DNA of 64,000 bases from NCBI RefSeq assembly GCF_006345805.1, contig NC_042998.1, positions 181,226,001 to 181,290,000 of the forward strand. The letters run 5' to 3'. The DNA comes from Octopus sinensis. Lineage: Eukaryota. Within the stretch, counting starts at the first letter, position 1, and each line of letters starts with the position of its first letter. The position numbers and the translations under genes are program-made. Under the pieces are notes generated by a model, which saw only the letters and a program-made list of their open reading frames with translations, did not search any database and was not told the DNA's origin. Shown here in pieces: positions 53,445 to 64,000 of the stretch.

Positions 53445-53525
53445 TTCTTCTTCTTCTTCTTCTTCTTCTTCTTCTTCTTCTTCTTCTTCTTCTTCTTCTT
53501 CTTCTTCTTCTTCTTCTTCTTCTTC
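53445..53525. repeat. (TTC)n microsatellite
   Basis: Seen directly. Confidence 0.95.
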
Positions 53526-54374
53526 TCTGTCAAGAATTCACAACGACCTCCAACACACAAGAGTAAACAAGAGAGACAGAGACAGGCAGAAACAAGGAAA
53601 ATGCCCCTTGTATTTGAATACTAGGCAATATTCTTTTAAAAAACTTTTCATTTAATTTTTACAAAATTTAATTGTTTTCCATACTTAGAAAAGAGTTGAA
53701 AAAGTCTCAATGACCAAAACTGGTACTGAAATGTATTTTATAAAATTATTTTAGCATTTTACACGCCCGTCTTCGTCTTTTGTTGTTTTTTTTGTAAATT
53801 CTCACTATATATATATAATATATATATATATATAATATATATATATATAATATATATATATATGAGAATGTGTATATGTATGTATATGTATATATGTAGG
53901 AGGGAGAGATACAGGTGCTTACAACTGAGGAAATACAGAGAATATATGGCTTTATTTAAACTGAATTCTTTGTGTTTCAAACTTTAGCAATTGTTGTCGT
54001 CATTTACTCTTACGTGTGTGTAAACAGAGTGAGAGAGAGAGAGAGACAGACAGGGAGAGAGATCAGTAAAGCAAAGGATATAGCATATAAAAATGAAACG
54101 AGAAGCGATATTCTTCAGTGACAGATGACTGTAGAATTTAATAATCTAATGAATTTGGCGCTTTGTGCCACTGAAACTAAACTGAAGTTTGTCACTCCCT
54201 GCTTCATCCTTGACAAACAATAATATATCGCTGTACATCTATTGCTTGAGATCTCTATCAATATGGCCAGTGTGCGCTGGTGAATGTATTGAGAAATAGT
54301 TTTATCGGAGCTGGTTTTATCATCGCTAATTTCAGAACGATGGTCATAATATAAGTGAAGTATACGTATGCGAC

Positions 54375-54547
54375 TGACTCACAGAGTGTATGTGTGTGTG
54401 TGTGTGAGTGTTTGCATATGCATGCGTATATATATATATATATATATACTCATGCATATGCAAACACTCTCACACTCACACACATATATATATATATGTA
54501 TATATATACATATATATACATATATATATATCTGTATATATATATAC

Positions 54548-54578
<31 letters not shown>

Positions 54579-55378
54579 CATATTTATACATATATATACA
54601 TGTGTATACACTCATGTACACCCTATATATATTATTCATTCATATATTTTCATATTCATATGCATATACAAATTTAGGCATGTGTATTCTTGTACATACA
54701 ATATAGATACATATGTGTGTATTTATTTTTAAGTGTGTATTCATAGATATATGAATACATGTATGCATGCCAGCGTGTCTATGTATGTATACACGTATAC
54801 CCGTTTATGTATATATATAATATATATATATATATATGCACATACACATATATATATTAGTGGGTGGTACACACGTACGAATACGTATATACATATGCAT
54901 TTATAAGTATATGCGTATATCCATGTATGTATGTATGTAATTATGTATGTATGTATGCATGTATGTATGTATGTATGTGTGCATGCATGCATGCATGTAT
55001 GTATGTATTATGTATGTATTATGTATGTATGTATGCATGTATGTATGTATGTATGTGTGCATGCATGCATGCATGTATGTATGTATGTATGTATGTATGT
55101 ATGTATGTATGTATGTATGTATCTATGTTTTTTTGTGGATGTACACACACGTGGGTATAGCTGCCCATTTTATCTGCAAAGATTCATTTATAGTGTGTTA
55201 TTGAATTTGCTCGGTAGACAGGCCCTTAACAATTCAGTTGTCGATTATTATACTAATAATGAAGATGATGATGGTGATGATGATGTTGATGATGATGAGA
55301 TAATTATTATTATCATTATTATTAATATTATTATTATTAGTATTATTAATATTATTATTATCATCATCATCATCATCA

Positions 55379-55415
<37 letters not shown>

Positions 55416-55417
55416 TA

Positions 55418-55448
<31 letters not shown>

Positions 55449-55525
55449 CATCATCATCATTATTATTATTATCATTATTATTATTATTAGTAGTAGTAGT
55501 AGTATTATCATCATCATCATCATCA

Positions 55526-55566
<41 letters not shown>

Positions 55567-55850
55567 GTTATTATTATTATTATTATCATCATCATCATCA
55601 TCATCATCATTATTATTATCACCATCATCGGCATCATTCTCCACGTTGTTTTTATGATGATTAGTATTGCTTAACATTATATTTCTTTTATTTTCTTTGC
55701 TATTATTAATGATAATTTTATTATGATGAATAACATTCCTTTATCAGTTTTGCGATCATCATCATCGTCATCGTCATCGTCGTCGTCGTTATCGTCATCA
55801 TCACCATCATCATCATCAGCAGCAGCAGCATACTTATTCGAAGAAACTTT
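54375..55850. repeat. Large compound microsatellite block (TA, TATG, then ATT/ATC/GTC)
   Basis: Seen directly; source of the 247-aa poly-Ile ORF. Confidence 0.92.
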
Positions 55851-56425
55851 ATATTATTGTTATCGTTGTTATAGTTGCTGCCGCTACTTCTATTGATACA
55901 AGTCACAGAAGACCGAAAGAGAATATGGAGATAAGTTTTTGTGACTATAATAATGAACGCATAAGGCGGCGCCAGCCGCGGCGGTGGTGGTGATGGTGGC
56001 AGCGTTTTGGCCGGCTATGGTGGGCTCTTTTATTGATTGCATGCATATATAAGTCTGTTCCTCCAGGGTATACTAAACATAACCATACAGAAAACTAGAC
56101 TCCCCTAGGGCGTCGTAAGCGGAGCGGTGTATGAGGCTGCAGACTATCTGAGTAACATCAGTTTTATAAATGAATTAAGCGTAGACATCTTTAAAGGTTA
56201 TTATCGAGTTCGAAAGATTAATATTGTCTTTTGCTTATCCTTTATGAATTGAGGGAAATTTTGCATAGTTATGCGTTCATAGTTTGATTTTGTTCTAACG
56301 CCGTTGTTGTTGTTGTTGTTGTCATTGGTGAGTGTTTTCTCTTGTTACTTTATATACATATACATATATATATATATATACACACACACATATACACACG
56401 CATATATATATACATGTATATATAT

Positions 56426-56456
<31 letters not shown>

Positions 56457-57964
56457 TATATATATAATGCTTTATAATACACAAACACATAAACACACAC
56501 ATATAACATACATGCGTGACTATGATTTATACGCACACACCACACATACACACACGCACATATATATGTATATGTAAATATTGTAAATATATATATATAT
56601 CTATACCCCACAACTCCACTTTGTTATATATATATATATATATATAATATATATATACATATGTATACATATACACACGCGTATATATATTATATATACA
56701 TAAACACACACATAAATAAATATATACATGTATAATATACATGCATATAGACAAATGTATGCATATGTATTATATATATATATATACACATATAAAATAT
56801 ATATACACATACATACTTACCTATGTGTGTGTGTCTGTGTGTTTATGTATGTATTTATGTATGTATTTATGTATGTATGCATGCTTTACTGGTAACATTT
56901 CTACTATTGCCAGTCCCTTTTTGTTTGCTTCCTGTTGTGTTATGTGTTGTTTTTTTTTGTGGGGGAGGGGCAGGGTTTACTGTTTTTCCCTTACTTTTCC
57001 TCCCATCTTCCCTAATTTTTTCCTCTTGGATTCAGCTGTTTATCATCTCCGCCTGGAAAATTGATATCACGTGATTTAACGATGATGACAGTGAGAAATC
57101 TGTCACCAATTCCTAATGAAAAGTAGATGCAGTGATAGCGATGAGGTCGTTTATGCTGTTGCTGCTTTGTCCTAGGTCAACTATGATTGAGCAGGCTTTT
57201 GATCAATGGTGTTCCAGCTGCGACCATCTCGTCTTTTTAGACCTTATCATCACATTATCTGCTGTAGGATCATTACATTATCTACTGTGCCCTTTTATTT
57301 TCTCAAGGCTGTATGGTATGCTTTCATAGAGATTTGACTACTATTTCTAGTAGGTTAAATGCCCACAATATATACTTGATATATATACCAAAAAAAATTT
57401 TAAGAAACAGAAGATAAAGAACAGCAACTGTAGTATTAGCAGCGACAAAAGCATCTTTAAATAAAGAAAAAATGACGATGGTGTTATACTTTGTAATGGT
57501 GAAACAGTGGGATGGGGAATGATGCCAGTGGTCTTTGTGAAGGTAACAGTGGTGTTGATGGTGGTAGTTATAGATATGCTGCTGGTAATGATGGTGACGA
57601 CGATGCTGCTGATGATGGTGTTGGGTGGTGTTTGTAATGGTGAAAGCAATTGTTGTTGTTAATAATGATTTTGTGTTACAGCTGTAATGGTAGTTGTTGT
57701 TGTTGTTGTTAAGCAACAAGACGGGTAAAGGTGTTTAGGTGATGGTCTAGGGCTTAGGGGCGGGAGACCCCAGACCTTGGGAAAATAAGAAAAAAATAAC
57801 TTTTGTCGTCTTGTAGTCGAGGGCTCTTCGTTGACGCCCGACACCACTGGGAGGTGGCCCTCGAAGTCGCTGGAAATGGAGATCTCCAGATCCAAATTCT
57901 TGAACGGCGTAATGGTAGCTATGGGTTGGTGTAATGGTATTTGTGATGGTAATATTAGTGGAAG

Positions 57965-58400
57965 CGAAGGCGACGAGCTGGCAGAATCGCTAGCACGCCG
58001 TGTAACATACTTAGCGTCATTTCGTCCCGTTTTAATGTTCTGAGTTCAAATTCCGCCGAGGTTGGCATCGCTTTTTATCATTTCAGGGTCAATAAAATAA
58101 GTACCAGTTGAATATAGAGGTTGATGCAACTGACTTATTGCTCCGTCAAAATTACTGGCTTTCTGCCACAATTTGAAATCAGTATTAGTGACAACGGTGA
58201 ACTGGCAGACTCATTAGCACGATGTTTACCACCATTTCTTCCGACTTTACGTTCTGAGTTCAAATTCCGCCAAGGTCAACTTTTCCCTTTTATCCTTTCG
58301 GGCTCGATAAAATAAGTAGCGGTTGAGCGCTGGAGTTGGTTTAATCGATTTCTCCTCTCCTCCGAAATTGCTGGCCTTGTGCCAAAATTTGAAACTAGTA
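57965..58400 (+). mobile_element. Two tandem diverged family B-like SINEs
   Basis: GAAGGCGACGAGCTGGCAGAATCG...GAGTTCAAATTCCGCC in both units (about 57965-58170 and 58190-58400). Confidence 0.8.
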
Positions 58401-59309
58401 TTAGTGGTGGCGGTTATATTAGTGTTAAGACGATTGTAGTAGTAATGTTTCTAATGGTGGCATTGTACATGATGATGTTATTGGTGTTGATTTTGTAGCG
58501 CTAACATTGCCGTTGTTTACCATCAAGTCAGCCTCAATCAAAAAGTCAGGCCTACTGTCAAAGACATTCTAAGAATGACCATCTCCTTTTTTCCTATATG
58601 CAGAGTAACCCACAAGTATGCCCTCTAACGTACCTTTTTCTCTTAGAAATGTGTAATTTAAGGGCGATTTGACCGCTATTTCGAGCAAGTCAAACACGAC
58701 TGTATGATGTTATTATTTACCTCTAGGTTTGTTCCGATCAAGTGAGTTTTATCGAACAGTAGGGCATGTTCAACCTTGAGAAAATAGATCTATAGCGAAT
58801 GACATTCCTGACGTAACCATCACGGAAATTTTCCAAATAGTGTATCTTTTTAAAAGATGGTATGAAGGGATTTAAGAGAGATTTAACACTTCTGTTTAGC
58901 AAGTCAAGCTACAAGTAAAAGAACATCCCTCCCCCGTTAGATTGTGATAGCAAATGTGGTGGCTTTTGGCGAAGATGAACTAAGGCTCGTGTTGATAACA
59001 GATGTGATATAAATGTGGTCGTGGCGGTAGCAGTAACAGTTGTAGCAACTGGTGCTGGCAGTTCCTGGCATCGGAGGCGGCGGATACGATGGATGCGGCG
59101 GCGGTGGCGGTGTGGTGTGGTGTTGGTGGTGGTGGTGTTTTGGTTGGTTTTGGTGGTAGTTTTTGTGGTGGGGGAGTAACGGTGGATTTGGAATGGGAAT
59201 TGCTTCTCGTAACAGCTGCTACTGCTGTTGCATGGAAATATTGCCATTAACCGATGTTTTTTCGCCTGACATCGTGATGATAGTATTGGTAATTTCATAG
59301 AAGATGAAG

Positions 59310-59321
59310 TGACGTCATTGG
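59310..59321. promoter_or_regulatory. Perfect CRE (TGACGTCA) overlapping a CCAAT box (ATTGG)
   Basis: Sequence TGACGTCATTGG next to a GC-richer stretch; motif presence only. Confidence 0.28.
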
Positions 59322-59693
59322 CGGCAAACCGTATTGAGAAACTGAATAACAACGCACCCACCTACTCATTTCCCAAAGAAGCAATTTATCAATGATTGCG
59401 TCTTGTTTTTCCTTGTTTTTGGTTTGCTTGTATTTTTCCCATATTGCAATGAGTATAAAAAAAAGGGGGCTACATTGTTCAGCTTATTCACACCATAAAG
59501 ACATTCTTTAGCAGTAAATCCACCCGAGATTATTCCTTTCATTTTGACACTGTGAAATGAATGGTGTCACACCACACACACATATATATACATATATATA
59601 TATATATATATCTATATATATATAATTATATATATATATATATATATTGTGTGTGTGTGTGTGTTGTGTGTGTGTGTGTGTTTGTATGTATAT

Positions 59694-59744
<51 letters not shown>

Positions 59745-60539
59745 TAGATAGATACATTTATATTTGCACATATATAACCCACACCCCATAACACACACCC
59801 CACCCGCGCACACACCATATATTATAATATATATTATACATACACATAGATATATATTATAATAATATATATATATATATTATTATATATAATATATATA
59901 TATATCTATATATATATATATATAAATAAATGCATGCATGTATGTATGTACCACCATAAACTCACACTAGACTTGGTTGTCTGGGGTAATTATATTACAA
60001 GAATGTTTCTAAAAGAACGCGTCTAGTGCAATATTAATTAACTAATTAGCCACGTTGCAAGCGGGCGCACTGTTGTGCAAATTAAATTATACATTTTTTT
60101 CAACTGCGCCCTAATTTCCTAGTTTGGATATACAATAAATAGCAATAAACTTCTATTCTTTCCGATTACAGAGAACGAGTATTGTTTCTCTGATGAAAAT
60201 CTAACAAGTCTTCAAATAAAATGATTGATTTCTTTTTTTTGTTTTTCTTTTTGGTTTTGTTTTGTTTTGGCTGTTGTGATTCTTTTTCGGCTGGCGAAGA
60301 GATAAAAAGCTATAGTATGGGTACTATCTCGCCTTTTGACCCAGCAGCTCGCTTGAAAGTGAGAGCTGGGGAGAGTGAGAGAGCTGCGCTAATACTGCGC
60401 TGGTATTCATTTTTAGCTGAAGAGACTGATCAACGTGAAAAATGGTGCCCTGCTCAAAAGCAAAACGCACTCTCTGGTTCAGGAATTGATTGTGAGTTGA
60501 ATTTCCTGGCCACACACAGATATACTGTTGTTGCGTGAT

Positions 60540-60674
60540 AAAAAGCTTGTTTTCCAACCATATTGTTCCGGCTTCAGTCCCACTGTGTAGCACCTTGGGC
60601 AAGTGTCTTCTAGTGTAACCTCGGGTCGATCAAAACCTGAGTGGATTTGGTAGACAGAAACTGAAAGAAGCCCG

Positions 60675-60680
<6 letters not shown>
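60540..60680 (-). mobile_element. Partial SINE family A
   Basis: cagtcccactgtgtagcaccttgggcaagtgtcttc...gtggatttggtagac; this is family A 5'-body sequence and the strand assignment is approximate. Confidence 0.6.
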
Positions 60681-60713
<33 letters not shown>

Positions 60714-60892
60714 GAGGACGGACAAAATGATGGAAACACCTAGCGTCATAGCAACATAATTTTGAAATATCTATAAAACCGTCAAAAGCTTATTTATTTT
60801 TTTGTTTTTTATTAGTGTTGCTTAATATGTTTTGCTAAGATTGCTGTTTCTTTTCAGATATCATCACTAAAAGGTAATTAAAATTCATTAAA

Positions 60893-60953
60893 ATGACAGA
60901 TCTATCGGACTTTCAAAGAGGTCAAATTGTTGGTGCTCGTGTGACAGACGCTA
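60893..60953 (+). mobile_element. Tc1-like transposase N-terminal fragment
   Basis: MTDLSDFQRGQIVGARVTDA matches MxDLSDFQRGQIVGARxAGAS. Confidence 0.6.
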
Positions 60954-61873
60954 GAGCCCTTACAACTTTTCTGAAACGGCCGTAGGTTTGAACTGATCCT
61001 TTCAGTCGCCTCCTTTAATCTATTCTAACTACATTTTCTACTTTTATGTTTTTTGTTTATATTCTTATATTTCTATATTTTTATCATCTATGTCTTAATA
61101 TAATCATGTGGTTATTTGAATGGAATAATATCTCATGACATCCATCTGAATTATGGATTTGCTTGTCTGAATTTGTAAGACAAATAGCTGAAATTTTTAT
61201 CTTAGAGCAACTTGTATAATAATATATATATATATATACATATATACATACATGTCTGTATGTATGGATGGATGTATGCATGTATGTATGTGTGTGCATG
61301 TATGTATGTATGTATGTATGTATGTATGTATGTATGAACATATGAATTGCTTCAGTTGAACTAGACTTGAAAGCCTCTGTCTCTTCCGTAACCGCTGGAG
61401 TGCTGCCATACAGAATGATCATTTAAAATACACTTGCTAGAGGATACAAGCTTAATATGTGTATGTATGTGTGTGTTTGTGCGTGTGTGTACATACATAT
61501 AGATACATAAACATATGTGCATTCAAACATACAGACAGACAAACAGAGACCCAACAGGCAGAAAGTCAGATAGGTAGAGAGACATGATAACTGAGAAAAC
61601 TTGTACAAGAAATATGTACGTTATGTCTACAAAATATTTATTCACACCACTAATATTATGTGTGTATTAGTGTGCATCTGTATGTGTCGTTCTATATGAA
61701 TGTATGCATGTATATGTATAAATATGATTTTTTTTTTAGTTTTATTTTTAAATTTTTCTCAATGGAATTCTAGCCGGTCGCTAACAAAGCAACAAACTGT
61801 TCGGCTTACGAAAGAGATTTGTAAGTATGTCGTTGAGTTAGTATGTTCTTATATATATATATATATATATAAT

Positions 61874-61904
<31 letters not shown>

Positions 61905-61919
61905 TATATGTGACCGCGT

Positions 61920-62114
61920 GTGTACCGTTGGCGATTTTTTTTCCTCCGTCTTCCCTTCTTGGATCTTTCCTTTTCCATTATTTTTGACGAAGAGCTCCGC
62001 TCGAAACTTTATACCCTCCTTCTTTCCTTCTTTCCTGAGCGTCCAATAATACTATACTTGTTCCACGTCCACGCGTTGTTGTGTTTTCTCTTTGTGTTTT
62101 CATGTTTGGATTAA

Positions 62115-62120
<6 letters not shown>
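61920..62120 (+). mobile_element. Second copy of the (TA)n-flanked hammerhead repeat, core mutated
   Basis: Homologous to 33765-33945; TTGACGAAGAGCTCCGCTCGAAACTTTATAC at 61984-62014. Confidence 0.75.
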
Positions 62121-62147
<27 letters not shown>

Positions 62148-63232
62148 TGTATGCTCCCGTATTTATGCTCTGTGTAAACTTCTATCTTTAGTGTTTAGGT
62201 GCGCGTATCTGTGTGTGCATAATTACTTTTTTTGTATATGTGTCTTTGTAGATGCACACAACCAAGTGTATGCATATATTCATTTAAAGAATCTTTGGAA
62301 AATCTTTGAAACATCGTATGTAAGTGAATGTATATGTATGCATTTTAATATATATATTATATAATATATATATATATAGCAATTTCTCTGTTTTCCTATG
62401 TTTAATCGCTTTCCTTCATTACATTTCGTTGTACTATCATTCTATATATAAATCTTGTTCATTGGTATCTACTAAAATGCTTATCATGAAGTTTCATCTA
62501 ATTCCATTATATTATAAAATGTTTATTTCCACTTTCTCTAATTAGATACAGAACAAACTAAATTAGAAAGAAGCAATTTCAGTTAAATCCTCAAGATGTG
62601 TGTTTTTATGATCTAAAAATATCAACTGAAAGAGATTACTTCAATAATAGCTGCTAATATAACTGTTGAAGGTAACGAGCAAGTTTCTCTCTTATTTGGC
62701 CTTCTCAGCGAAGCATTATTTAATGAGTTGACATGACTATAATGTGATCAGTATATATAACAATAGATGGAATGTAAAATCCGGATTATGAACATCAATA
62801 ATACGACCAAGTAGAATGTGTTTTGTTGTGGTGGGATTTATAAGGTCATTTTCCTTCACTCTATTCATAATCAGTATCTCCCTATTCATCTCTTTCTCAC
62901 TCTCTCTTTCTCTCTCTCTCTCTCTCCCTCCCTCTCTCACTCTCTCCCACTGTCTATCTACTTATCTATATCTGTGTGTGAATGTGTGTGTGAGAGTGTT
63001 TGCGCGTGTGTGTAATAAAAGGTTTGACTAACTCCACTCTAGCTAAAGTTTTGTGAGTTAGAAGGTAACAGACAACCTGTTTAATAAGTGAATGCAAATC
63101 CAACCAAACGTGTTGTTAAATACTACTTCCTTTCGTCTACTTACTCATACTCACCTGTTTGTGTGTATATATATATACACCACACACACACATACACACA
63201 TGTATGTATATACATATATATATATCATATAT

Positions 63233-63286
<54 letters not shown>

Positions 63287-63389
63287 CATACGGAGCAAAT
63301 ATTCACGAGAAAATAAATTAGAGTTTTGACTGTTATTTCCAACAGGTAGATATTCTTAGTATGTCCGTTGATTAATTTTAATATATCTA

Positions 63390-63424
<35 letters not shown>

Positions 63425-63461
63425 CATCCATACATACATACATACATACATACATACAACA

Positions 63462-63495
<34 letters not shown>

Positions 63496-63867
63496 GTGGA
63501 GGCGCAATGGCCCAGTGGTTAGGTCGTAGGATCGCGGTTTCGATTCCCAGACCGAGCATTGTGAGTATTTATTGAACGAAAACATCTAAAGAACCACGAG
63601 GGTTCGGCAGGGGTGTGGGGAACCCTACTGTACTCTTTCACTAAAACTTTCTCTCACTCTTTCTTCCTGTTTCTGTTGTACGCGTATTTCAAAGGACCAG
63701 CCTTGTCACACGTATCTGTCACACGTATCTGTCACACGTATCTGTCACACGTATCTGTCACACGTATCTGTGGAGCGCTCAGCCACTTGCACGTTAATTT
63801 AACGAATAGGCTGTTCCGGTGATCAGATTAAATGGAACCCTCGTCGTTGTAATCCACGGAGTGCCAC
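63496..63867 (+). mobile_element. SINE family D with an internal 13-bp tandem array
   Basis: Head GGAGGCGCAATGGCCCAGTGGTTAG, GGTTTCGATTCCC; (GTCACACGTATCT)x5 at about 63705-63770. Confidence 0.88.
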
Positions 63868-63879
63868 GACAACATATAT

Positions 63880-64000
63880 TCTTTGACACGTTTCAGTCAT
63901 TTGACTGCGGCCATTCTGGAGCACCGACTTAAAGGGTTTTTGTCGAAGAAATCGACACCAGAATTTATTTGTTAACCTAGTACTTATTTTATTGGTCTCT
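63880..64000 (-). mobile_element. SINE family A, 3' part (runs off the window)
   Basis: gtttcagtcatttgactgcggcc...ggagcaccg...ctagtactta. Confidence 0.8.

Overview
AT-rich eukaryotic (animal) genomic DNA dominated by microsatellites ((TA)n, (CA)n, (TATG)n, (GATA)n and trinucleotide tracts) and interspersed repeats. The repeat families look cephalopod, most likely Octopus; this is an inference from recognising the families, not a database result. Most ORFs in the supplied track are microsatellite translations or SINE read-throughs. Supported content: (i) four tRNA-headed SINE families (labelled A-D here) plus one AAT-tailed family (E); (ii) a full-length but dead mariner (21898-23155) nested in a SINE, a 5'-truncated Tc1 (45941-46937) and other Tc1/mariner relics; (iii) RTE and other LINE fragments; (iv) a decayed Penelope-like element with RT and GIY-YIG domains (51571-53000); (v) tentative exons of an unidentified minus-strand gene ending at 2340. 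Most worth a second look: short (TA)n-bracketed repeats carrying minimal hammerhead-ribozyme motifs (one with an essentially complete core), near-perfect foldbacks (two with ~80-bp arms), a microhomology-stitched templated insertion inside a SINE, a SINE dimer inserted as one unit, and tandem duplications that may be assembly artefacts. No rRNA, true tRNA gene, CRISPR array or prokaryotic system is supported. Repeat boundaries are approximate unless fixed by TSDs, TIRs or splice sites.
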